Shown here: piece after piece, positions 10,620 to 22,819 of the stretch
Layout: each line of letters starts with the position of its first letter
Position numbering within the stretch: position 1 is the stretch's first letter
Source: Catajapyx aquilonaris
Taxonomy: Eukaryota
Assembly: GCA_000934665.2 (NCBI GenBank)
Contig: KZ539119.1
Location: forward strand, 1-32,897
Direction: 5' to 3'
DNA: 32,897 nt
Notes under the pieces: generated by a model
What the model saw: the letters and a program-made list of their open reading frames with translations, nothing else
Database searches by the model: none
What the model was told of the DNA's origin: nothing
Position numbers and translations under genes: made by a program

Positions 10620-10944
10620 TTACAATTTTTTACTTGTTTAGAATTTTTTGGGTTTTCTTTTTTTCCCCTCCCGGTCCCATCCCTTGGGGCTGATTCATCA
10701 CATCTTTGCGGACGCGTGCCATACCGGTCACGGCCCCTGGGGTCGGGCTTTACCCCTCAGGCATCCCTCGACACCGGCCTCCCAGCCGCAGGATTACAGG
10801 AGTGCGCCCAGTGGTGCACAGGAGACAGAACAGGAGACAGAGTGGTGCACAGAACAGTGCACAGGAGGATTACAGGAGCTTTGCGCAGTGGCGATATCGT
10901 ACCCAATGAGGTCCAACCGAGGGGCGATTATTGCTAGTTGAAAA
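10620..10944 (-). mobile_element. Retroposon-like insertion (325 bp)
   Basis: 11-bp direct repeat cataattacat at 10609-10619 and 10945-10955. GC-rich body with a T-rich left end (A-rich tail on minus). Absent from the homologous block at ~23620-23650. Confidence 0.7.
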
Positions 10945-11240
10945 CATAATTACATGTCGTGCTGGAACTTAAAGTAAAGAGTATGTAAGCTATTTATGGG
11001 CTTTCCCCCCCCTTCGTTCACGTTCAGCATGTTGCCTTACAAGTTACAAGTGAAGGTTTCAAGCCATATGTGGAATGAGCGAACTCAAAGTGCAAAGTTG
11101 ACATTTTGCCTTAAAGCACGTACTCAGTAGACATCCTCTTACTTGCTGCTTTGAGCTTAACAAGCTTAATAAAGTGTAGTTAACAACAGCACTTTATTGT
11201 AGCACAATGTACTGTAGTTATTCTCAAGCGTACCAAATAG

Positions 11241-11279
11241 GTCCTGGAATGCTATTATTGCACTTTTTTAAGGGGACAC
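11241..11279 (-). repeat. Conserved unit-start motif, copy 1 (viral gene-junction-like)
   Basis: + strand gtcctggaatgctattattgcacttttttaaggggacac. Confidence 0.8.
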
Positions 11280-11339
11280 TTGCGCTTAACCTGAGCACTT
11301 GAAGTTTAGAACTAAGAAAATACCAGTAACATAATGTTT

Positions 11340-11950
11340 ATGGCTAACGTTGTATAAAAAGGCTTAACATTTAGTTCCAATTGGATCACATTGTGTACCT
11401 TGGCAAGTATTTTTGGACCAAGAAGATGCCATTCATTTGCATGCTGGTGCATGTAGAAGGAGATAGGAGACTATTCCTGTCTTTATGCATTAGCTGCTCT
11501 TCCTTGAAGCATCATGCAAAGAACCGTAATTCTTCCATATGGATGTCCTGGGACGATTTTTAAACATGGATCATATGTCTTCATTTTCATATATTTTTCA
11601 GTCAGCTGCATGGCACGAGAGGGGTTTATCTCACGGCTGCACTATTTGCATCTGGGCTACATTTTGACCACATTAAAAAGTCAATAAATCCTACTAATAC
11701 ATAGCTGTGCACCTTAAAATTTGCCAATGCATAGTTCATGCCATGACTTGGGAACAGTGATGCAACATAATGGTTTTTCTAGAAGTCTGTAAAGCGAATG
11801 GATATCATTCGACACTTGGAGTCCGTGTTACTTTTGTCGTCTTCAGGTGCACTTGGTCCAGATGGAAAGTTGGTTGATGCGACAAGAATACTTCGAGAGA
11901 ATATCTCGTCGATAGTAGCTACATCAGCAGTCACTAGACTATACTTAAAG
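11340..11950 (-). pseudogene. Divergent N-like EVE fragment
   Basis: TNFPSGPSAPEDDKSN aligns with HFPHGTIITPEDEKSN of the 13.3-14.4 kb copy. KIVPGHPYGRITVL is duplicated at 23880-24190. catgccatgacttgggaa is shared with ~26731. Confidence 0.45.
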
Positions 11951-12559
11951 TAACAGCTTAAAAGTAAATCCCTTCAACTTGGAATTTTACACGATGCAAG
12001 CACCACTTTCCATGATATTTCTAAAGCCTGTTATTATGTGAGGGACAAGTACTTTATGAAAAGTGAATTTGCGAGTTGGGTGGGAGCAAGTGGGTGGCTA
12101 AGGCTATGGTGATGGTCGGAGTTCCTTTTTTTAAATAATTCATGTTTGAGGCTTTCTCTGTAGTTCCCTGGACCCATCTCAGCCTTAGTCCGGAAAAAGT
12201 GTATGGTGATTCACTCTACATGCTTAATTTACTGACTTGTTAAGCATGCTATGTGCAGATTCCAGATTCTGGTTTAATTAGAATGACCCTTTCCTTGATG
12301 TGGAAGTGTGTCCATTTATTGGAACATATTAATCAAAATATTTAAAAATACAAATCTGCATGTTGCAGCACCTAGTATTCGCAAAGCCTCTTCGTGTGAT
12401 AAAGTGAGTATGACAAAACCGTAATTACACATATAAAAAGGGCCCTATCCGTTGTTGTGAGTCATTAACAACTGTTGGTGTACCGTTGATGGTACACAAG
12501 AGCATGTATTGTAGTGGTTTAGGGACTAACTTACACAAAGACAAAATTAGTCTCAAAAT

Positions 12560-13100
12560 CAGCGAATGGAATGATTACACCAGTTTTATACATTTGAAAA
12601 TGTAGATTGAATGAGGCAAAAATTGGCAATTCAACTCAACCCACCTGCTGATCATCCTCCATATATGTTATGCCATATGGGTAAAAAAATCGTCGTCCCA
12701 ACAGAATGTGTTTGCAGTGTTGTCTGCTTTGCAATGTGTCCGGATGTTGACTATCAGTCGTCGGAAGCATCCAGTTTTCAGATTTTGCATAATTATTATG
12801 ATTCCGCTGAGGCGCTTTCACTATGTTATTTATGGTGTTTCACAATGTTGCTGTTGGGCTGAAGCTCTGAATTAATGTATCAAAGGTTGGTTTCTTTATG
12901 TGTTGGAAGGGAATGGTATTCCGCTGCAGAGCCAAATACGAGTATTATTGCTCTCCTTTTTTCGAGTCTAAAAGTGGTGGTGACTGGTGTTGTATTATGG
13001 TGAGCAGAACCATCTCCTCGCATGATTTCATACTGTGCTGATTTTTCTTAATCCTGCAGGGATATATTATCAACATGTGAATCGTCAAAGGGCGATGTTT
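12560..13100 (-). pseudogene. Degenerate ORF downstream of N-like gene (possible phosphoprotein-position gene)
   Basis: IKKPTFDTLIQSFSPTAT..YMEDDQQVG is homologous to 29150-29750 (VKKPTFDTFIQSISPTAT..HMEEDEQVG). Identity is inferred from position only. Confidence 0.35.
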
Positions 13101-13379
13101 CATAACAGTGTGGAGATATCTCTGTCAGGAAGGAAATATGAAACATGCACATTCCTGCCATGTCTTAATGTGAAATGTGAAAAATAATTACTAAGTATTT
13201 TATGGCTTACCAATGAAGCTTATGATTCTCTTGGGACAAAGACCTCTTATGACTTGTCACTACTAGCCCTTTTCTGTAATCCATAGAAAATACTTATACT
13301 CAAAATGAGGTGGAATAGTCCAGAACAAATTGATTCTGTAAATTCGCAGATTTATTTGTCGTGTGTGTGTGTCGTGTAA

Positions 13380-14377
13380 GGTGGTCCTGAGATAACGCAA
13401 TAAGTACACCTGACGGCATTGTTTCCATCAGAATATCAACACTGATGCTTGATTAGTTAATGAAGATGGCTTATGGGGTATAGATAGTCTCCATTGTCCT
13501 TGCGAATTGGCTAATTTCACTTGATACAAGTGTCCGCAACTGCTTCCATGATGGTAACCATATGCTCAAAGTGCAATCTTGAATATTTTTCACTGTGTAA
13601 CGGTGTGCTGTATTGTCAACATGAGTGCCCATTGCTGAAATTATTGTAGGTGAATGGTAATAGTATTTGGTACAAATTGTTGCCGTATTTTGTTATTTGT
13701 AATTTGTGAACTCCGTTGAGCAACATGGCCTTGTGGGAATTATACTTCTGTTTTAATTCTGCTAACAGCTTTGAACCCTGTTCATCCCCAGCCTTGATCT
13801 ATAATGTGAGTGGGGCGTGACCAGTTCTGAATCTCAGTCTCAATATGTTACTCCTTGTTAGATATGAGTTGCAATGCATTTCGTAAATGGCACTCTTTTA
13901 TTTGTGCATCTGTTTGGCTGAAGACCATGTTATAAATTGATTAATCCAGGCCTATTGCTTTTTTCATCTTCAGGTGTAATTATTGTACCATGTGGGAAAT
14001 GCACATGACAATACGAGTGATGGTGTCTTCTTATGGACCAAACATGGCGACCACCACTTGTCATTTCCACTCGTCCCAACCTTTAACTATAGAAAGTGTA
14101 CCATGTTGCCGCCCCTGGTCCCGGACCCTGCCCACCTGAAGCTCAACACTGAAACAGCCGCAACAAGAGGACTGGCTTGTTGGCAAGTAATTATGCCAGG
14201 GTTGGTTAATTCTCTTTGTTTCAGCTTCAGGACTGGCCCTGCTTTTGTCACTGAGAAGTCCGTTTACGACATGATAATAAATGGGTTGCAAGTATCAAAC
14301 TGAATAAGTCAAAACTGAAAAAATGCAAAATGTAGCTATTTTCACCAATTGCAAGTACACCCTGGAAGGCTTTCATT
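13380..14377 (-). pseudogene. Nucleoprotein-like EVE (Mononegavirales/Jingchuvirales-like)
   Basis: In order: VVAMFGP (~14035-14055), FPHGTIITPEDEKSN, GDEQGSKLLAELKQKYNSHKAMLLNGVHKLQITKYG, RLHFEHMVTIMEAVADT (~13530-13580), SEISQF (~13504-13521), GDYLYPISHL (13463-13492). The order matches the C-terminal lobe of borna/nyami/xinmo-type N proteins. Multiple stops and frameshifts. Confidence 0.6.
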
Positions 14378-14397
14378 GCCCTTTTTTAAGGGGACAC
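14361..14397 (-). repeat. Conserved unit-start motif, copy 2
   Basis: + strand cctggaaggctttcattgcccttttttaaggggacac. Confidence 0.8.
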
Positions 14398-14402
14398 ATG
14401 TA

Positions 14403-14612
14403 CTATGGGCGCCAAAAGAATTGACCGGAGTTGATGGGTATATGGCGCTATATACCCATCAACGCCGGTCAATTCTTTTGGCGGCCCATAGTACGTGAAT
14501 CGTTCGTATATCGAGAAGCTTGTACTATGGGCGCCAAAAGAATTGACCGGAGTTGATGGGTATATAGCGCCATTTACCTATCAACTCCGGTCAATTCTTT
14601 TGGCGCCCATAG
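14403..14612. mobile_element. Double-hairpin MITE (Tc1/mariner-type TA target)
   Basis: Two near-perfect ~95-bp palindromes (14400-14494 and 14522-14615) built from ctatgggcgccaaaagaattgaccggagttgatgggtata. TA at 14401-14402 and 14613-14614. The empty site is seen in the homologue at ~31975-32005. Confidence 0.85.
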
Positions 14613-15179
14613 TACTACCTGTTCACTAAAGCAAAAATTATTTGAATATTCATTATACTGATTGAGGACATTGTCCGCACTAAGGTAGTTCAAGGATGGG
14701 CTTACAGCCATGCATCAACGTCAGGAGCTAGGAGTGGTCCAGTTGGGTAGTTGCGAGTAGTTAGATTTGCGCAGGGAACGTCGATAATTTCACATAAATG
14801 TTAATGGGAATCATAGTTTGATTTACATTAAACAGTGCCTATGCATACTACATGCATCAGTTGGGCCCATTGTGTCTTGTGAGTTCTTAGCGTCTAGACA
14901 CTGCCTCATAATGAGCGCAAGTTGATATGAAAGCATTTCTAATTGAGCTCACTTGCATTAATTTGATACACATAGTCAAAGCGGAAGTGTTCTTTCATAA
15001 TTATTATTTTACAATATCTGTGGAAAATGGAGTGTATGAGGCTAACATGCAGACAGAAGGCTCAATGCAAGTCAGAATATGTTCATGTGGAAAATGTCCC
15101 TCCGTCCAAGGCATCAACGTGTGACACCTGGCTATATTCATCAGGGTTTTTTATTAATATATGCCTACGTTGTGAGAGT

Positions 15180-15660
15180 GGTGCATTGGAAGGCTTCAGC
15201 TAATGTGTTCAAACTGCTGCTTGGTGATGTGGTTTCCTGGAACATGTGTCTTCCTTTGCATACGTACAGTATTTTTTTCAGCCGACTGTGTGGTGCGATC
15301 TCTCTCTGTCACAGTTGCACAGGGCAGTTTGGATCTGGGAGTGCATATGCCCCAATATATTAGGCATAATACTAATATAAATAATTATTCTTCTGATGAT
15401 TTTTGAGGATTTAAAAAAATAATGTACTGATGGTTTGATAGACATCGCCATTTTGGTTCTGCGACTCTTCCAGATCTATCCGGCCTGCTATTTCATCATG
15501 TGAATGTCCGCATTTGGGATGTCTAGGGTTGTTCCTATGGACGTGCACATTTTTCACCTGCCATTTGTAATGTACAGTATACAGGTTGAAATATTAATGA
15601 ATAAGCTCCTTGTATGATGACTCTCTCTGATCCGCATTAGGCATCAGCAAGTCATTCTTC
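15180..15660. repeat. Duplicated degenerate block (copy at ~25080-25480)
   Basis: Shared strings gtgatgtggtttcctggaac, ccagatctatccggcctgcta, tcatcatgtgaatgtccgcatttgggat and tcacctgccatttgtaat. Confidence 0.85.
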
Positions 15661-16329
15661 ATTACACCATCCCTTGAATTTTTGTTATTATATGTGAGGA
15701 AGCAATAAAATCACAGTAGGACGATTTTGTTAGACTTGAGAACCTATTCATTACACCACTTTATTAGCAGGTGGTCGAAATTGTATCAACCCCTTCGTTG
15801 CAGCAGGTTGCAGCATGTCACCGTCTAAGGTCGCAACTACAAGGTGGTCCTGTCGTGCTACCACGTTGTGTGTGTCAGTCGGTATTGAGATGGCCCACAA
15901 GAAAATAATCCCATAACAAATTGGGATCAGATGACCTTACAGGACACAAGGCCTCCACTGCCAATCCACTGTATGTGTATGAAATTAGAAGTAATATTGT
16001 ATGTACTTTTTAGGAAAATGACAATAAGACTATAATTTGACAAATTGTGGTGGTCAAGAAGGCCACGCACGTCGTCAGATTTATTAGTTGTTGTTTCATA
16101 TTTGTTCCTGGCCTGGGTGTTTGCTGGGTCGTATGCTGCTTCCAGTGCTCTGTACAGCTCACCCTGAATTTCGATGCAGATGAGCATTTCATTCTCGATG
16201 GATGTTGTTCAAGAGGAAGTAAAGCAGAGAATCTGAGTCCACCTCATGCTTTTGTCGCCGGGCATGCTCTAGTCCTGCTTGACTCGTTTCTGGATCCTCA
16301 TGTCTAATTTTGACAATTCCACTGTGTAG

Positions 16330-17168
16330 AAAGTCGTGTCACTTCTTTTGGCACAAATATTTAGCACCAGTGTCCGAAACTGCTTCCATGATAGTAATGG
16401 TAATGTGTGCTCTCAAAATCCACTTGAATTCTTCACTGTTTCAGCAGGAGGTATTGCTTACAAATTGTTGTCATGTTTTGTTATTTGTAATATTTGGCCT
16501 GTCCGTTAAGCAACATGGCATTGTGGGAATGTCGGAATTATCAATCTACATGTAACAGCTTGGAGCCCTATTCATCCCCAACCGTTATTGTGGGTGCGTC
16601 GTGACCAGTTAGCCTCAATGTTCCTCCTCGTTAGCTAATGAGTTGCAGTGCATTTTGTAAATGGCACTCTTTTATTTGTGTGTCTGTTTGGCCATATTAT
16701 AACTTGATGAATCCAGCCCTATACTGCTTGATTCATCTTCAGGTGCAATAATACCACATTTGAAATCCGCACCACAACATGAGTGTCTGCCTCTTCTTAT
16801 GGACCAAACATGGCAACCACCACGTGTCATTTCCACTTGTCCTAACCTTGAGAGTAGTTCCCTCTCCCAACCACCAGAGGGGAGCTGCTTACCCACTCTC
16901 TAGTCATGCAGGAGAAGGGAGAAGAAAGGGCGTGTCTCTCTTGCCTGTCTGCACCGCCCAGGGGCCGCCCCTGGTCCCAGACCCTGCCCATCTGAAGCTC
17001 AACACCACACTGAAGGGACTTGCTGGCTTTGGTTTAATTTCCATTATGTTTCAGGACTGGGCCCTGCTTTTGTCTTGTTTATGAAGTGGGGTACACGTAG
17101 GCCTAGTTCATGAGAAGCATATCATCAATATTGCAAGTCGCCGACTGTACATCCTGGAAAGCTCTCAT
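16330..17168 (-). pseudogene. Nucleoprotein-like EVE, paralogous copy
   Basis: Colinear with 13.5-14.4 kb: ggaccaaacatggc at 16801, tcatcttcaggtg at ~16733, aactgcttccatgat (IMEAV) at ~16379. Confidence 0.6.
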
Positions 17169-17187
17169 TGTAGTTTTTAAAGGGACA
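17152..17187 (-). repeat. Conserved unit-start motif, copy 3
   Basis: + strand tcctggaaagctctcattgtagtttttaaagggaca. Confidence 0.8.
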
Positions 17188-17864
17188 TTATTTGTACCCA
17201 AAATGCCTCTTAAGAGTCCTGAGTTTCAGCTGCAGCCTATTTCAGGTTAGCAAGTAGCAACTAGAAATTAATAGCTATCAGAAGCCAATAATTTTGAATA
17301 GTTTTCCAGCCATGACTTGATAATGATAATAATAATACTGTATATTGAAAATGATAGTGTACGTAGATAAGTATGTTGGTATTATCATCCTCACTGCAGT
17401 GCACTGGCTGGAATAACCAATGCATATAGGTGCGGTACACCTACAATTGATCATAATTCATCGCAACGCTCTATGCTCTTATGGGCGTCAGCAGTGCAGT
17501 GCAGTAGTTTTCTGTTGGGATCTACTGTCGTAGGGCTCCGAAGTACTGACAGATCATGATTTGTCCCCTGAAACTGTGGTTATCTTCTATCAACGTGCAT
17601 GAGAAATCACAGGCCATATGCTAGGGGTTATGGTTACCAGCATTCACTTTCTCGTGTTATAGTCATGTATTAATTTGGTTTTCATTATGTGAAAGTGGAC
17701 ATAACTCCCCAATGATTTCACGTCGTCATAATTATGATGCTATTGTCAGTGAAAGGATCGAATTTGTCAATGTAGCGTTCTTCGTGTCGAAACCAATGAT
17801 ATATAGTGTGTATCATATGCAGCACTTCTTCCGCCTTGCTCTACATGCCATGTAGTTATACCCA

Positions 17865-19075
17865 CTATGGTGGTCTCGGTGGACGTAATGTGATTTCATA
17901 ATAATGTATATAAGATAAAAATAGCAGATTGCAATGTCGTGCAGAAGTCATACAAACTGCTATTTTGCACTCTTGGTGTGAATCTAACAGAGCTTGGTTG
18001 ACTGCAGTCGCATCCTCGCTTCCCTTGTTGCATACTATTACTTTGGCTTGACGTATCCATGTTGAAGGGGTCATATGCCACATACTCTTTGAAGAAATAT
18101 GCACCTTCATGGGCAGAATATTATTTTCAAAATTGTGATTAAAACTACCCGACTTTTGATGTGTCATGTTCAGATGGTTCAGATGGTGGCGTGGGCTTGT
18201 ACTTGTGGACACAAAGAATGATAATTATGTACTTCATACTTGTCGGATGTGTAAATTAATCCTTGCTCAGTACAGGTACGGTCTTTTAGGTGACTGGCCA
18301 TTTGATTCCGGAGTTTTAGTAGTTCCACATTTTTTCTAGAAAGAATTACCTTGTGGTTGGCCGGAGCCTCATTGGCGGATCCTTTTAGAGTACTGATTTT
18401 GGACAGGTGGGGCTCTTGTTCGGTTTCCAACTGTTTTACTTTGTCTTCTAGTTGTATCATGTAGCCTTCTAGGTGTTCCTGTTCAAGTGTTGTTATAGAC
18501 TCGCTGGGAAGCGGTTGGGAGGACTCTGAGCCGTGCCTTCTTGCCAGCGGTGTACATCAGGAGACATGTACATGGGCACCGTTGCCTCTTTCATCTCAGT
18601 TCATGGTCTATTCCCGGCCTATATCTCTAGATTTTTTGATAAAGGAGCCGAGGAGAGTGCCAGATGTTCCTGCGGCTTGGGAAGGCAGGATTCTGAACAT
18701 GTCCTGTGGCATTGTAGATTTCCCACTGTCCTGACGGCCAGCTGCTTGTGACCGCAGTGTTCAAGGGGCTTGGATGGCCATGCAGCAGGGGAGCGTTCCT
18801 CCAGATCCCGGACAACTTCAACACATGCCTGGAAGTGGATGATGTGCTTGCGGAACTGAATGTGGACTTTAGGAGGACTGTATTATCAAGGGGAACTCCG
18901 TATCATTAGCATGGTTTGGTGACGGATGGTGACTAATTATGCTGGTGGATTGGGGCATGATGGTGAATATTGACAGTTGGGCTGGTGTGCTGTGAATGGA
19001 CTGGCGTTTGTTGGATTGACTGGCGTTTGTTAGAGCTTGAGTTTTACATTTTGCAATTTTTGTGTAGTGTCTCAT
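17865..19075 (-). pseudogene. Interrupted ORF, LINE ORF1-like (coiled coil plus possible SGNH-like segment)
   Basis: Removing 18526-18871 plus one TSD joins ...EFPLIIQSS to QPLPSESITTLEQEHLEGYMIQLEDKVKQLETEQ in frame. Downstream AKVIVCNKGSEDA resembles the GxND block of CR1/L2 ORF1 esterases. Confidence 0.5.
18526..18871 (+). mobile_element. Non-LTR retrotransposon (R1/LOA-like) C-terminal zinc-knuckle fragment
   Basis: FISVHGLFPAYISRF...SARCSCGLGRQDSEHVLWHC matches the GHGxFxxYLxRF..CxCG..EHVLxxC motif. 8-bp direct repeat ggaggact at 18518-18525 and 18872-18879. Confidence 0.8.
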
Positions 19076-19509
19076 AAGTGGGGAAGGAGGGGCTGTAGGG
19101 CCAAATTGGCTAGTCAGCCCGGAATTTCCGTTACAGTAGCCTACATGTTATGCGTAGCAATATAAGTTATATTCTCTGTGACATGGAAGGCGAACTGACA
19201 CTTGTTCTGGTGACATAAATAATTTGTTTTTTAAAGTGCAAAGCTGTATGTTGCAGCTTCTTGTAACATAATAGTTACAAATCCTTTTCTTGTGATTAAA
19301 TGAGTGTAAACATATGCAGAATTATTTGGTTAGAATGACGGTAACTAATTTAGCTTAATTAAAATACTGTATTTACAGACGGCATTGGCAGTATGCGTCA
19401 GTGAATGAAATCAGCTTTCGAATCTGGAAACTGAAATTTTCCTTTGTCAATGGATGTGCATTTCTGTGACCGTCTGAGCCGAATGTAGCCCATGCATACC
19501 GTTGTCTCC

Positions 19510-19635
19510 CAGTCCTTGGATACAAAACTAAATCCAGTCATTAATTATTAGTATTTAGTAGTAATCAATCATTCTCTTGATGTGATCCAGGCTGGGGAAA
19601 TAGCTGCTGCAATTCCACTGGATGACATTGGCCAT
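19510..19635 (-). mobile_element. LINE AP-endonuclease N-terminal remnant
   Basis: MANVIQWNCSSYFPSLDHIKRMID...FCIQ resembles the IxQWNC....CxQET start of I/Jockey-group ORF2. Confidence 0.5.
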
Positions 19636-20699
19636 TGTTCAAAGATCTAAAGTAATCGTCTTCCCTTCCCTTCCCGGGAGGCATGGCCAATGGCAACTTC
19701 TTGGACGCGTTATCATAACCATTGGTTAGGGTCCATGACAACCTATTCCTGTGGTATCAACAATAACAACACTTTTCATGTGGATTCAAATTCACTATAT
19801 TCCCCTTTTAACTAATAAATACACAGTAGTATACATTGGCACAGTTCGTGGAAGTTAATTCTCGCCAATTTTGAAATTCTCGATTCACTATTGTAGTGTC
19901 GCAAGTCCAATCGTAAATGACACCATGAAGTCGCTCTTTGTTCTACCCCTCGTCTTCCTTCCCCCATGATTCTGCAGTGCCATGCAATAATGTAGCATAT
20001 TTATAATGATAATATTACCCACAGTAGTTCGTCGTCCTAGAAAATAATATTTCAGATTTACATCATGACGCCACATATTTTGCGTCAACTTTTTAATAAC
20101 GCTATTCCCATTAATTTCTGTTAATTCCACACGTCTTTCGTAGCAGGGTGCCGAAGGATGTCTGGGCTCTCAGTCTTTCTATGCAGTCATCTGGTCTCAT
20201 CATTACAGGCTTTTCACGATTTTTATTGTATTGAAAAGCTAAAATGTGTTACTCTTAAAGTGAAATCTTCCAGACCAAGGCTTGCACTTATAAAGCAACA
20301 ATAAACACTAATAAAAATGTTACGTTGCAATGCTAATTATTTATTGGGGATAAACAACTGGCGCAGACTGAATGTGAAGCGACGTAAAGTAACATGCAAC
20401 TTAAAATAGTTTCGTTGCTGAAGATCAAGGTGCATGTTCTAAAAGCGACGTTCATTGCCTGACTGTGAAAGAGCCGGAAAGTGTACGATTACAATCCGGT
20501 GTCTGAAAACGCGCCGTACTCAGGATGCTGGATCCTCACGTCGCGTCGCAGTGTGCAGTACACCCTGCATGTAGTGGACCTTCGCTTCTGCTGCCAGAAA
20601 TGAATTCCTGCATATTCCTTCCAGTATGATAATGAGTGTGGAAAATTATGTGACCAGTTGTGGAGGTCGATGAGCACGGTCCATTCTATGTTTGGAAGA

Positions 20700-20950
20700 A
20701 TGATGTGCTTATTGAGATCATTTTGGAACACTCTGTGATTACATGGTATTTTTCAGAGATTGGGAATGTCGAATGTTCATTCTTAGCTGGTTTCTTGTGC
20801 CATTTTTGTTGGCTTCAGGTCTCCATGATGCTCAGATGACATTTTGTTCTTCTTGGATAGTTCTTAGAACTTGTGCTTACGTGATGGGCGTTATTTTATT
20901 GAACCATTGTGGGTGTTATTGGAATCATGCAGACTGGGTGGAGCCATGAA
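20700..20950. repeat. Duplicated degenerate block (copy at ~27910-28110)
   Basis: Shared gagattXggaatgtc, cttcaggXctcXatgatgXtcagatga and attgaaccattgt. Minus-strand reading QWFNKITPI versus QWFNLISPI. Confidence 0.7.
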
Positions 20951-21299
20951 TTCCGTTGGGAAATAAGTGTCGTCGTCTGCCAGCAATGCACTTCCAGTTG
21001 GCTGGCTGAGTTTTGTTATATCCACCAGTTCATGTAAGAATTCGCCATTTATCATGGGTGATATCGTGAAGTGATGTAAATGTCCTATAACGGGATATCC
21101 ACAATATGTTTATCGCGCACCTTGGTAGGGTAGGTTTTCCTCCAGTTTTCTTCGTAGCTCTGCGCAGGGGCACTGATCAGCTTTGTAAACATGTGTACAA
21201 TGTAAAATGTGTTATAAATTGAAAAATTCCTCTGCCACTGACAGTGCTGAAACTGCCGCTGCCATTTTCTTGTTGCCACTCATTCGTGGTGAGTCGTTT

Positions 21300-22330
21300 T
21301 CATTTGTTCCCTTGGTCCCCTTGGTTTCCTCTCTTGAATTCTTCACTCTTACTTTCTGCTAGTCGTGCACAGGCGCACCCATCATTTGTCAAACTTGCCG
21401 CACCGCTACACCTGAATATTAAATGGCATGTGACCTAATAAGAGAGAGGTGTAGGCCTACCTTCCTTTGGTAAGGTGGAATTTATAATATTGCTGGAGAG
21501 GACTAGGTGATAATAAATTGTGGCCCAATAATTCGGTTTTATGGATTGCGTCTTGGTTGGTTGGGTATCAGGCCCATCATGTTTCCTGTTAGTGCCTTTA
21601 TTGTTCTGATACATCACATATCGTAAGGAAATTCAAGTCTTGAATTTCGGATAATCATGATTTGTCTCCGGCTGGGATATTCAATTGGTGCGTTACGGTG
21701 TTTTACCCTGATCGAGGTTTTGCAATGACCTTATCACAATATTCATGTACACTGTAAAATAACCCACCACTAGTTCTTTGTTGGCCCTTCGTTTATTATA
21801 CAGTACGTTGCTTTATTAGGTGCCATGTAGTCACAGTGGCCGACGATGAAAACTATTTGTCTGGAATCACTCTTTTTGTAATGGTGGGCTGGGCGATAAA
21901 TTTCACCTTTCACCTTTGTACATATGTATTGAAAAAGTCTCCGTCCGTTATGAATCATGTGTCTCCGACGTTATCCTTAGGAACTCTTGATGCCTGATGG
22001 TAACTCGCACCAAATGTCACCAGATTGTCAACATTTGACATAATATTTAAAAAGTCTCATTGCTGTCACAATGCAATACAATACAATTTTTATTACCCCC
22101 TGGTATCCTTGCCAGGGGGGACTTCACTCCCATTACATTGCTGTCACAATTCCGCCAGTGGTGCACGTCTATGTGCCTCTGGTCCAAAGAGAAAAGGGAT
22201 CAGGATCACTCGATTAAGTAAGATCTGGACTTTGTAATTGTCTTAAATCCCTCTTCCAGTATCGGCTTCGGCAAAGCCTCCCGCAGCAGTCCCTTAGCCG
22301 CAATGGTAGAGGCCTCTCCCTCCCCCTGGA
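21300..22330 (-). pseudogene. Highly divergent nucleoprotein-like EVE
   Basis: Follows motif copy 4. ILIPFLFGPE corresponds to VAMFGP. LSEIQDL...KHDGP/xYP occupies the position of EISQF...YP. Little nucleotide similarity to the other copies. Confidence 0.4.
22073..22135 (-). mobile_element. 5'-truncated LINE/SINE 3' end (63 bp)
   Basis: 15-bp TSD cattgctgtcacaat (22058-22072, 22136-22150). On the minus strand: stem-loop ccccctggcaaggataccaggggg, then AATAAA and a (ttgta)n tail. Confidence 0.85.
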
Positions 22331-22351
22331 ACGTCCTTTTTAGGGGGACAC
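22325..22351 (-). repeat. Conserved unit-start motif, copy 4 (internally shortened)
   Basis: + strand cctggaacgtcctttttagggggacac. Confidence 0.7.
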
Positions 22352-22819
22352 GCTTGTACTTCTATAGCAAAAATTAGGGATATTGTGGAAATTGTCCAAG
22401 ACTGAGGATTACAGCCATGCATTTATTATGGTATCAGTAAACATGTGACTTAATTTTGTGATGTAAGTATGGTTACTTAATTTCATTTTAATTATGACAA
22501 ATTTTGTGATTTTGTTGATTGACTCAATAGTATTTATTTAACTATTGAGCCTGATTTATACTACGTATGTTTGGAAGAATCACGCTGATTGAGGTTATTT
22601 TGGAAGACGCAGTGATTTCATGAAGTTGCAGTGTTTTGTATGCTTGAGCAGAATACAAAATATGTTGTGGGACCAAGATGCCTGATGCATTTTGTCACCA
22701 CTGCCCAGGATCTGCGATACAGCCATTTTTCTATATGATACATGGATTTCAAATTGTCAATCCTTTCCGACCAACCGGAACCAGGAGGAATATTCCGAAA
22801 AATTGAGTCGGAGACACAA

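Noticed and set aside
14630..14640. Orthomyxovirus-like terminal AGCAAAAA (also ~22367 and ~31995)
   Set aside because: Short, on the non-coding strand, and simply part of a duplicated block; no complementary partner end.
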